Shown here: one piece after another, positions 52,400 to 64,000 of the stretch
How the letters are laid out: each line of letters opens with the position of its first letter
Position numbering within the stretch: position 1 is the first letter of the stretch
Assembly (NCBI RefSeq): GCF_006345805.1
Contig: NW_021834639.1
Span: 1-64,000, forward strand
Direction: 5' to 3'
Source: Octopus sinensis
Taxonomy: Eukaryota
Length of the DNA: 64,000 bases
Notes under the pieces: generated by a model
What the model saw: the letters and a program-made list of their open reading frames with translations, nothing else
Told to the model about the DNA's origin: nothing
Databases searched by the model: none
Translations under genes and position numbers: made by a program

Positions 52400-52620
52400 A
52401 TTCTTTTACTTGCTTCAGTCATTTTACTGTGGCCATGCTGGAGCACATCACCTTGAAGGGTTTTAGTCGAATAATCGATACCAACACTTATTTTCTAAGC
52501 CTAGTACTTATTTTATGCGTCACGTTTTGCCGAGCCGCTAGGTTACGGGAACGTAAACACTCCGGTTGTCAAGCTGTGATGGTAGGGACAAACACAAGTA
52601 CAATGACACACAGATGTATA
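52400..52620 (-). mobile_element. SINE family A, 3' half
   Basis: ttcagtcattttactgtggccatgctggagcac...ggttgtcaag. Confidence 0.8.
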
Positions 52621-52965
52621 CATATATATATATATATATCACCGGTGTCATTGAGGTAAGGAAAAAATTATCAACGACACCGCTAATTGACACATTCCAC
52701 ACATTATTAATTAGCATAATAGCATAGCCAGTAAAATTTCGGGAAGTAATAACTCGTAATAAATTTTTTAGTTTTAATAAAAGCAAATATTTTCTAAATC
52801 TAAATATTTTATTTGAAATTTTATCCTCAGCTGCAATATTTTAAGTAAAAATCTTTCTTTTTCTGTATTTTACCAGATGTAAATAACTTGTCAAGGTTTA
52901 TAATCTTAAGAATATTATTTCTCTTGCTCGCATTTTTCCATGTAATATTTAATATTTGGTCCTTT

Positions 52966-53110
52966 TAAGGCGGTGAGCCTGCAGAATCATTAACACGCCG
53001 GACTAAATACATAACAGCATTTCTTCCGTCTATACGTTCTGAGTTCAAATTCTGCCGAGGGTCGGTCGTCTTTGTCTTTCATCCTTTCGAAGTCGGTGAA
53101 AGAAGTACTG
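52966..53110 (+). mobile_element. SINE family B, 3'-truncated
   Basis: aaggcggtgagcctgcagaatc...ttctgagttcaaattctgccgagg. Confidence 0.75.
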
Positions 53111-53223
53111 AATGGTTGGAGCAACGTGAAGTAAAGAGTCTTCCTCAAGGTCACACTGCGCCGCCGGGAATCGAACTCACGACCGGTGAGCAGAATACCC
53201 TAACCACTAAACCACGCATCTCC
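53110..53223 (-). mobile_element. SINE family D head with CORE-like segment
   Basis: Minus strand ggagatgcgtggtttagtggttagg...gagttcgattccc...tgtgaccttgaggaagactctttacttcacgttgctcc. Confidence 0.75.
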
Positions 53224-54159
53224 ACAGTTGGTTTTCAAACGCTTCATATTTAACTTAATTCTATTCTCAAGATTTAATTCTGATTCGCTGAAGCTTTTTT
53301 TTTTCCTGTATCCCAATTAATCAGTACCAAACCAAGTATAGGAATCTTAGTACACATTTTCTTATGCTTCACTAACATTTCCTTCCTTCATTTTAATCCA
53401 TATTTTCATATCTGTTCATCTTTCATTATTTAGCTTTCATACCAAAATATTCATTATCACGCAATTTCCTTTTAACTGATATCTTATGTTTACTCTATGG
53501 TCTCTTATAGTTACCCGCTCTATTGTTCTGACGCCTACCAAGATTTTCTCAATAATAAATTACGCAGTATTGTCATTCACATTATCAGCTTTACACTAAC
53601 TTGCAACGGTTAATGTTATTTTAAGAAACGTGTCACTTCTTTGCACATATAACCACGTATATATATATACATATGTATATATATATTTGCATATCGATTA
53701 ACAGGTATAATTTTATCTAATATGAGGGTTTCTATGTTGTCGTTAGAGAATACATATACATACTCGTATGCACACATACATGTAATGATATTTTTTTATT
53801 GAAATATGTATACCCGTGTACATATACACACGTATGCACACATACGTACATACATGCATATATACATACATATATGCATATATCCAAGCGCATTACATAC
53901 ACTCGCATATATATTGTATATGTGTAAAAAATGTAAGTATATATTCTGTATATACACATATACAAATACTTTTATATGCAAATATATATTTATATAAATG
54001 TGTGTGTATGTGTGTGTGTATACATATGTGTATATACAAATATATATGCAAATATATATTTATATAAATATGAGTGTGTGTATATATATATATATATATG
54101 CACACATTTACATGTATAAAACATATACACGTACTTATACGCTTATGAGCGCACACACT

Positions 54160-54269
<110 letters not shown>

Positions 54270-55075
54270 AGCAGGCAGACAGGTAGACGGAGATATGCCA
54301 ATATATTTTCCACACCCAGATATTTGAGTATGCCGCTCACTACACTCAATATTTTAAGTTAAACTAAATACTTAGTTATATGTTTTGGGTTGTTGTTTTT
54401 TAAAATTAAACTGGTATAAATTATAACTGTTCCTATCCTATTGATGCCATTTGTATAAAATTTCAACCAAAAGAGAACCATTTTAATGGTTCAGCGATAC
54501 AGCTGGTATAATTTTTTTTTTTATTTCTTATCAAATTATTATGTTTAAAAGCCGTAATTTAATCATTCTTATCTCTACAGAGTTCAAACCCTAGGTGATT
54601 GTCATGTTTAGTGGAATGAAGCAACTAATTGCTGTTGTTGTGAGTCTGTAAGACAGTTCCGGGTGTCCAGGGGTGCTTCGAGGCTACATCCTGAGCCTTA
54701 TATTAAAACACAACGTGGCTGAGTCCCCGAGAAAGATCTAAAATAGGTTGAATTAAGGCACCATCTGATTACACGCACACTCTGTTTGTCTGTCTGTCTG
54801 ACTGTCTGTCTCTATCTATCTATCCATCTATCTATCTCCCTCTCTCTCTCTCTTCTATTATATATATATTATATTTAAGTAGGTGAATGAATTATCCTAT
54901 GTTTTATCGTCAGCATGGAAAATTCGTTTAACCGAAACCTGTGTAGCAAATTCACGTCAGAAAACACGTTGAAACGAACGACCCTTTATTCCTTTGGAAT
55001 GAGACACGCTGTCTTCGAAACATGTATCGAGAGTAAAGGTATTTTGTTAACATCTTCGTTCGACTCCAGTCTTTC

Positions 55076-55119
<44 letters not shown>

Positions 55120-55278
55120 ATATTATATATATATATAATATATACATATATATATCATATATATATATATATATACATATATATAGGGAGAGTTCACGAA
55201 AAAACAAAAGACGAAGACATTGGTGTACAAAACAAACAGATGTATTAGTATAATGCAACGCTCAGGAATTTAAAAAGT

Positions 55279-55314
55279 CTTTTACGTTTCGAGCCTACGC
55301 TCTTCGACAGAAAG
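55279..55314 (-). ncRNA. Minimal type I hammerhead motif (A6U variant) in a PLE-type terminus (~55185-55400)
   Basis: cttt CTGTCGA a gagc-gtag-gctc GAAA c GTA aaag: stems I and II pair perfectly; stem III is palindromic ACGT. Confidence 0.65.
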
Positions 55315-55644
55315 GTACACAGTGAAAAAAAAAACAAAGAGAGAAAAAAATGTGTGTAGTGGCTACCGATCTCCCTGTTTTTCTCGCCCTCTTTTCTCTC
55401 TCTCTCTCTCTTGCTCTCTTTCTCTCTCTTTCACTCTCACTCGCACACACACATACACACACACACACACACACTCACACACACGTCATCTATCTTATTT
55501 GTATCGCCTACGGCCGTTACTGGTAATACCAAGTTCATTTCTGATATTTTTGTTATAAAACAGTTTGCTTTTCGTTTGTTTACTTATATTGTGTAAAAGA
55601 TTTTACCTTTCATAAACTCACTTGAACTACATAGAATCTTCCGT

Positions 55645-56083
55645 ATGCGGCAGACGAAATTCCTATTTCTTTACTACCCACAAGGGGCTAAACACAGAGG
55701 GGACAAACAAGGACAGACAAACGAATTAAGTTGATTATATCGACCCCAGTGCGTAACTGGTACTTATTTAATCGACCCCGAAAGGATGAAAAGCAAAGTC
55801 GACCTCGGCGGAATTTGAACACAGAACGTAAAGACAGACGAACTACCTATTTCTTTACTACCCACAAGGGGCTACACACAGAGGGGACAAACAAGGGCAG
55901 ACGAATGAATTAAGTCGATTATATCGACCCCGGTTGCGTAACTAGTACTTATTTAATCGAATCCGAAAGGGATGAAAGTTCAAAGTCGACCTTGGCGGAA
56001 TTTAAACTCAGAACCTAACGGCAGACGAAATACCGCTAAGCATTTCGCCCGGCGTGCTAACGTTTCTGCCAGCTCGCCGCCCT
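55645..56083 (-). mobile_element. SINE family B concatemer (two units plus a stub)
   Basis: Junctions near 55663 and 55847. Confidence 0.9.
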
Positions 56084-56657
56084 AAATTGAAAGATATTAA
56101 CTATTTTAAAATAGGATAATCTCTTGACATTATGTTAATACAGATCTCTATCAACCTTACAATAGCTGGTTTTCTCAGTTGCCTCAAATAATTTCCGGAT
56201 ATTTTCGTATGATGATAGACCGTTACAAATCCCACGCTTTCAACATAGACACATCATTTTTCGCCTAACGTTCATCCTTTATTTGTTTTATCTAATTTTT
56301 TCTCCAGTTTTTTTTTTTTGGTCTTTTTTGTCTTTTTATCAAATATTGAACATAATCTCATTTCGATCAATTCAATTGGGATTTCGAATTCCTTTATCGA
56401 TAATGATAATGCATCGACTTTGTTGACCCTTAGATCCCTTTAAAAGATGTGTGTATAAGGGTCTTGTGCGTATGTGTTTACACATAGATACACACTCACA
56501 CGCACAACGACATACATATATACATACATACATATATATATATACATATATAGATATATATAATATTATATATTTTATATATATATATATATAGATATTG
56601 ATAAATTATATATATATATATATATTATATTTATTATATATATTATGTTATATATAG

Positions 56658-56695
<38 letters not shown>

Positions 56696-58979
56696 ATATA
56701 TATTATATATATATATTATATATATATATATATTATATATATATATATATACATAGCAAACTAGTTAAGAAAGTCTCTATTAGAGATGAAATCTAATGCT
56801 TATCGCCACCTAAACGCGCGTGTTCTTTAAGAAGTGACAATACTGCTATTTTAGCCTCAGGAGGACGCCTCCTTCAGCTGGTTATTCAGTGCACTTCGCA
56901 CTCGATAAATATACTGCAAGCGGAGAGAGAAACGCCTACTGTTCTGTCTCAAAGACCACCATATCTCGTTATTTCGATCTTATATAGATCATCTACGGTA
57001 ATGGATATTCGTTTGCTAGACATAACAGTAGTTTAATCCAGCTTGAAATATGCATAAGAACCAATGTCATACAATCACTGTTTTTTGCAACCAGCAAACT
57101 AATGTGTGTGTGTGTGTATGTGTGTGTACGAGTGAGGGGATAAATGAAAGGAAAAGGTACTCAACGCATTTTGTAGGAGTTGGATATATTATAATTTAAA
57201 GCAGTTTGATTCGGTTCCACGCGACCTAAAGTTTCCTGGGCTTCTTTACGGAACCCTAGGCTCAAATCACCAAATTAAATTCGATAATCTGAGCCTAAGC
57301 GAGCAAGGTTTCTATAAGAAGACTACGAAAGTTTAAGTCACAGGGAGCCGAATCGAGCTGTTTTAAATAACAACAATAATAATGATAATACTGATGACGA
57401 TAATGACGATGATGATGATAGTAATTCACTCACACACGCGCGCCACGCAGACATATGTCTATTCTAGCCTAGTGATTCCAGAACACCCATGGAGTAGTTA
57501 TCCCTCTCCCTCTCCCTCTCTATGCCCAGCAATACAATTTATCGTTTCACCATCCAAATATATCTGACTAGTTAAAGACGATAATATTGGTTTCAAATTT
57601 CGGCACAAGGCCAGCAGTTTCAGGGCAGGCAGGTAAATCAAATTACAACGACCCCAGTACTCAAGTGATATTTATTTCATCGACCCCCGAAAGTAGGAAA
57701 GTCAAAGATAATCGTGTTTACAATTAAAATGTTAGAATATAACATGAGTCTTGTGACATTAATGACTGAAGGTTTTTTTTCCAGAATTGGTTTTCGTAAA
57801 AGTATAACGTATAACATAAGCCTTTCCCGATTTTGAACAAAAGTTAGGCACTATAAAATCTAGCAAACACTTCCATTGCTATTTCTTAAGAAAATTCCAA
57901 CGAAGAACTGCTTGAAATGTTGTAGCTGTTTAATAATGTACTTACCATGCAACGATTGATTGGAGCATGACATAAAACAACAGCAGTCATTTAATCATCA
58001 AACTTAAAACACCACCAATACCAACCGTTTCTTTTGATTGTGTATGTGTTATACACAAAGTAGTACTGAATGTATGAAGAATAACATGGGTTTTCACTCG
58101 TGAATGCACGAGCCGAGCAACTTTTCTGAGCATGTCAATTATTAGATAAATGTGTGATGTAATTTTATTGCTTTTGTTGTTTTTTAAGGGAGGAAGGCAA
58201 CGAATCAAATCTCTCTGTGCTGGTGACTAATCATATTTCGATGTGTTTGCGAATACTTTTTTCCTTATAAGTTGTGCTGTTGCTCTACTTCAATCGTTTG
58301 GAATAATCGTTACATGGAACTCAAAGTTACTCTTCAAGAAACACACACACACACACACACACACACATAAATATATAACAATGTTGTGTAGCAACACATA
58401 TGTATACGTGTATATACATATATATACATATACACGCGCATGCATAGGTATGTTGTTGCACAACGTTAATTATACATTTATATAGCTACAAGCGACGGAT
58501 CTTTACTGCATCTACGCCATCTTTTAGAATGTTGATCTTCTCCATACGAACACATACAGACCTCCGCGCAGTTCACACACATCTACACACAGACAGACAC
58601 GCATTGCCTACATACACATAGACAATCACGACATCACACTCGACATACAGGCCGTCACGCAACCTCAGTCAAACTATCCCTCGCACTTACATACAAACCA
58701 CTACACACACAAACACACACACACACACATTTATATATATATATAGACACACATTTTGGAGTTGTGTAAGTATGCTACAATTTATTGAAGAAGACAGAAA
58801 CAGTTCCAAGACGGTGTCCATATTTGAACACGTGGCAAGTTATATAATCTACAAAGAGGTGAATGCACCAACCAGCTTTAAGTTGTCGGCAAAGATCAAA
58901 GGAACAGAGAATTGTACCGCGATTAAATGGAATGTCTATCTAGAAGACTGCTTTAGGTTCATTTTCAATTCTACTTTGG

Positions 58980-59060
<81 letters not shown>

Positions 59061-59328
59061 CTCCCTCTTCTCTCTCTCTCTCTCTCTTTATACACATACA
59101 TGCATACATACATAAAAACATATATACCAAGACAGCTACTTAACACAAAAATACGACACGCACAAAACCCACACATTTATACATCAAACTAACCAACTAC
59201 TTTGTATGTATGTATATATGTATGTATGTATGATTTTATTACGTATGTATTATGTATGTACGAACGTACGTACGTACTACGTATGTACGTTTCTATGTAC
59301 GTATGTTTGTATATATATATATATATAT

Positions 59329-59369
<41 letters not shown>

Positions 59370-59434
59370 CATTATATATACATATGTATGTGTGTATGTA
59401 TATATATATATATATATATAGATAGATAGATAGG

Positions 59435-59499
<65 letters not shown>

Positions 59500-60710
59500 T
59501 GACAGACAGGCAGAACCTACCGACCGACCGACCAATCTTCCCATCTTATATCTTGCTTTCTAATAATTCTTTTATATCAAACAACATATCTTACAATCTA
59601 TCTTTATAACTAACATTGATATTTATAATCTAACATTTCTGTATTATGGTTAAATTAAATCTACATCATAACAATCTTAAATCGATCTTACACATGTCTT
59701 ATATCTGTCTAATACGTATACTTACATCTAAATATTTTCTATGTGCGTGTATGTGGCTATGTTTATGTGTATATATATATGAACACACACATATGTATGT
59801 ATGTGTAATATGCATATATATATATATAAATTTGTGTATCTAAACGCCTGCTCCTTTATATTTTGTTGTCTACATCCACTTATATATATATATAGAATAT
59901 ATATATTATATATATTATATATAATATATGATATACGTACACACACATATGTATGCATGTGTGTGTGTAATATGCATATATTTAATATATATACATTCGT
60001 GTATCTAACGCCTGTTCCTTTATATTTTGTTATCTATGTACATCCTCTTATATATATATATAATATATATATATAGGATAAAATAAAATATATGCATACA
60101 TACAAACATATATGTACGTACCTACATCTACATGTATATATACATGCATATATAAATAATTATACGGAAGTACAGGACATCACCATAAGACGTAGAAACA
60201 GAAAAAGCCAAAAAACAAAAAACAAGAAAACGGAAACAAAACCAAATACAGGACAGGTTACACAATGACAAAACCCCCGTCATCAGCTGTCGCTAGAGGA
60301 GTCAGGCATGTTTCGAAGGCATAACAGAACACTAATCCAATAGGCCTTCCTGCGAGAGAATTAAAATAAAATTTCAAGCAGGCGGGGCACAATGAGTACG
60401 AACACAAACAAGACGTAACAATAAGACTGCAAATTAAAATACATGTACAAAAACAAACACAAGAGGACGAACGAAAAAGCCTTTTTTTCTGGCATAGACA
60501 AAAACAATAAAACTGCAAAATAAAAATACATGTACAAAAAGTACAATTAGTTACAAAACGAGAAAATAACAGAATACTATATATATATATATACGTACGT
60601 ATGTATGTATGTGTATATATTTTTGTATGTATGTTGTATGTATGTATGTATATATGTATGTGTGTGTGTATGTAGCTATAACTTTGTGCTTTTGAGTGCG
60701 TGCGTGTGTG

Positions 60711-60744
<34 letters not shown>

Positions 60745-60835
60745 ACGCTGTGCATTCTTCACCTAGACTCAAAACCCAGTACTGTAACAGCCTGGCTTTC
60801 AAGGGTCCACAACTATTCAACATTTTGCCAAATAA
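60745..60835 (+). mobile_element. Short CR1/L2-group LINE fragment
   Basis: LKTQYCNSLAFKGPQLFNILP, homologous to 39175-39240. Confidence 0.75.
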
Positions 60836-61004
60836 TCAGAGGTGTCTTCAGCTCTGGTGTTGGGTGCGTGTCTTCTTTCTTCTTTCTTCTGTTCCCTGGC
60901 CTCTTCGATGTAGCGTCAACGAGTGTCAGCGGGAGACTGACTGTCCTGTCAAATTTCCCTTTGAATACCCGCTGCTAGGCACCAGCAGGCAGCCCCAGCA
61001 AGTT

Positions 61005-61065
61005 GTCACGTGACACTGTCCCAACTTTAACTGACCAATGAAGGCGCGTAGTCTTCATTGGTCAG
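61005..61065. promoter_or_regulatory. Promoter-like motif cluster
   Basis: GTCACGTGAC at 61005-61014; perfect 13-bp IR ctgaccaatgaag/cttcattggtcag carrying two inverted CCAAT boxes. Confidence 0.35.
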
Positions 61066-61109
61066 CTAAACCCCAGTTAAGGTGGGGTTTAACGGAGGGG
61101 AAGAATTCA

Positions 61110-61535
61110 AATTGGTTTCAAATGTTGGACCAAGACCAGCAACTTTTAGTGGTGGCCATGGATTTAACGATAACAGCGACCCCAGTATTTGACTGGTACC
61201 TATTTTATCGACCTCGAAAGAATGAAAGGCAAAGTCGACCTTAGAGGAATTTGAACTCAGAATATAAAATGCCGGAAGAAATGTTGCTAAGCATTTTGTC
61301 CGATAAGCTAATGATTCTACCATCTGACTGCCTTGAGGTTTATACTGGTTTCAAATTTTAGCACAAGACCAGCAATTTCAGAAGGGGGGACTAATCGACC
61401 CTAGTTTTCAACTGGTATTTATTTTATCGATCCTGAGCTGGATGAACGGCAAAGTCGACCTCGGTGAACTTTGAACTCAGAACGTAAAGGAAGAAATATA
61501 GCTAAGCATCGAACAAATCTACCAGCTCACCATTT
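61110..61535 (-). mobile_element. Two adjacent degraded SINE family B copies
   Basis: aaggcaaagtcgacct...tttgaactcagaa occurs twice. Confidence 0.75.
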
Positions 61536-62314
61536 TGGGAAAAATTGATATTAGAACTCTGAAATGTTTGGCAATTCTAAGATGTATGCAAAATTGAGTA
61601 GTGTATAAATAGAGGAAGCAGAATATATTAGATTAATATTGAGAATTACATTCATCTAGAATAACTTCAATATAAAATTAGGTGGGAGTAAAAGAAAAAA
61701 TAAGTTGAGATAATGTAAATGAGTGCAGTAAGAAGTCAGTATTAATAATATGGTATTAAATATTGGAGGTTTCTGAGATGGCAGTAAAAGAAAATATTAA
61801 AATGGTCAAAGAAAGTGAAATAACAGGGTGTGACGGGAAAAAATATTATGAAGAAAAATACATAAATTATAGTAAAATGCGGGGTGGGTAGAGAGACTTG
61901 TTCAAATGTTGGAACTGTACTGACAATAGAATATGGCAAAAAAAAAAGGGAAATGTATTACTCTTGGAAGACTGGCTGTCTGGGTGTGTGGTAGGAATTG
62001 GGGTGGAAATTAAAGAAATGAGAAGGTAATTAGTAATATGAAGGGAGTTTTGACGAAAATTAATTATGAATAAATATAAATAAATTAGAGTGAAATAAGG
62101 TGGGAGCAAAAAGATGTTTCAATATTACGTATCGAAATGAAATGGCAACGAGATGAGAAGAAGATAATGAAGAACTGCACTGATGGAGATTGGAAAATGA
62201 GATCAGGTGAATTAGTAAGGAAAGAGATCGGAGGAAAAAAGGTAATAAGAGTATTATAGGAAGTATGAGCCTATATGGAGGGTAATGTGAAGATGCGTGG
62301 CTTAGTGGTTAAGG

Positions 62315-62888
62315 CAGAGTTTTTCAACCTTTTTACCCTTGCATAACCCTTAAAATAAATTACGTGTCTCAAGGAACCTCTGCACAAAAAAAAAAAATTA
62401 TATATCATATTTTTCTCATATTTTTTCATCGTAGTTCACGTGGTAAATGTCATATATATGTGTGTGTGTGTGTGTGTGAGGTGCAATGGCCCAGTGGTTA
62501 AGGCAGCGGACTCGCGGTCGTAGGATCGCGGTTTCGATTCCCAGACCGGGCGTTGTGAGTGTTTATTGAGCAAAAGCACCTAAAAGCTCCACGAGGCTCC
62601 GGCGGGGGGGGGGGGACAGTGGCGATCTCTACTGTACTCTTTCGCCACAACTTTCTCTCACTCTTTCTTCTGTTGGCCTGCTCGCTTAGCCAGCGAGGTT
62701 GCGTCATTTGAAGGCTAAAACAATGCGAAGCGCATTGTGACCAGCAACATCTGATAGCCTGGTCGGTCATGTGATCACGTGATATATATATTGAAATTAG
62801 CATCAGCTATCTCACTCCTTCTCGCGGGATCCTTAGGAAACTTTTGCAGAACCCTAGGGTTCCGGGAAACCCCGATTGAGAAACGCTA
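62315..62888. mobile_element. hAT-like MITE inserted into a SINE D head and containing a SINE C
   Basis: TIR-like cagagtttttcaacc / gattgagaaacgcta, subterminal gaaccctagggttcc; TSD not recognisable. Confidence 0.65.
62478..62783 (+). mobile_element. SINE family C, full length
   Basis: gaggtgcaatggcccagtggttaaggcagcggactcgcggtcgtaggatcgcggtttcgattccc...gtgatcacgtgata. Confidence 0.9.
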
Positions 62889-63239
62889 TTCGGTGCACGA
62901 TTGTAAGTTCGTGGAAGTTCAATGGGTCAGCCTTGACATAATCGGTCTGTCACGCTGAATCTCCTCGACAACTACGTTAAGGGTTGTTTGTGTCTGTGAA
63001 GTACTCAGCCACTTGCACATTAATTTCACGTGCAGGCTTTTCCGTTGGTCGAATCAACTGGAACCCCCATCGTCGTGACCGACAGAGTGATTGTTAAATG
63101 GACAGTAAATACAGAGAATGATAGATGGCCCAGAGAGAATGTAGGGTGTGAGATGTATATGAAGGGAATCCTGATGAGGACAAGCGTAATGGTGGATAAG
63201 AGATATGTTCGTATGCTTATAAAGTATCCTTAAGAACCA

Positions 63240-63800
63240 CTTTCTAGAGGATATTTTTCAAGTGGTTGAAGCGTTTCTTGTGTGTGCAGTTTAAAGATTC
63301 AAAGTTCTTGACTGACGCCGAGAATGTGGGCTCCACTAAGATTGACGTCGACAGTTATTATTCATCCTAAGAAATTGAAATAAAATTGTGCAAATTTTCC
63401 TTTTTGTGAGTTTGCTTCTGGTTTCTAGGTTTTAGACATTTAAGCTTTATTTGCCCATCGTCTCGATAAAAGCCGCCTTCCACGTGTCAATTTTAGATTG
63501 TATGGAATATACAAACAAACAAGTTTACTCACTTCTGCCGTATCGTTTACCCCGATGCGGACATTGAATGGTGTGTTAAGATGTTTGTTAATCAATATAG
63601 GTTTGATAAACCTAATGGGCCTTTGTCGGGCATGCTAGATTATTTGAATTTGAGAGTCTTTTATAGAAAGGATAGCGGATTTCTTTTAAGGAGAAGTTTT
63701 GTTATAGAAGCTTAGAAGTGTTGAATATCGAATTGCAGAAATGTAATTCTATTTTTAATTTTTATACACAGCTCGCCGTCTTTTGCGACATCATTGACTA
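63240..63800 (-). mobile_element. Penelope-like reverse transcriptase fragment
   Basis: ITFLQFDIQHF*ASITKLLLK, FNVRIGVNDTAEVSKLVCLYI, GFYRDDG (YRDD 63457-63468), LG*IITVDVNL; stops and frameshifts present. Confidence 0.85.
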
Positions 63801-64000
63801 CTGTCTAGTTAATGTTAAACCATTTCGATTTGAAGGATTTCAATCTTGCATTCGTCGGTGTCTGGGTTCCTGTTGCTGGTGATGCACAAGTAACACTGAA
63901 ATCATGTGATGCAGCAGTCCCAACCGCTGGTGATGACGAAATTTCGTCAGCCGATATCACTACATATTTTAGCACCTAATATATAATCCGAGATGATTTC

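Noticed and set aside
58772-59143. 123-aa ORF with a protein-like N-terminal half
   Set aside because: No recognisable domain, runs into (CT)n, and has no supporting exon chain
60260-60320. Minus-strand GAAAC and CTGATGA motifs
   Set aside because: No cleavage triplet or stems in a valid hammerhead topology

Overview
AT-rich eukaryotic, essentially non-coding DNA. The SINE families, the MITEs and the very high microsatellite load point to an octopus (coleoid cephalopod) genome; this is inferred, not shown. No host protein-coding exon could be supported with confidence, and nearly all long ORFs in the track are microsatellite artefacts. Most of the window is simple repeats plus a layered transposon record. 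(1) Four tRNA-derived SINE families, labelled A-D here; they resemble the octopus OK/OR1/OR2 group, but exact names are not assigned. (2) CR1/L2-group LINE ends, R4/Dong fragments, and degraded Penelope-like elements (PLEs) with RT motifs. (3) A full-length dead mariner, mariner/Tc1/Tigger/hAT/piggyBac-like MITEs and a Helitron helicase fragment. (4) A Gypsy LTR-PBS-gag remnant carrying nested insertions. The most striking signals are: several hammerhead-ribozyme motifs in PLE-type termini, including a loop-less 157-bp palindrome carrying two back-to-back hammerheads; SINE concatemers with a recurrent identical junction; a LINE whose 3' tail is shared with SINE family A; many long inverted repeats; and clustered transcription-factor motifs (CRE, AGGTCA, E-box, CTCF-like) in the unique spacers. 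All coordinates and translations were read by eye; boundaries of degraded elements are approximate.
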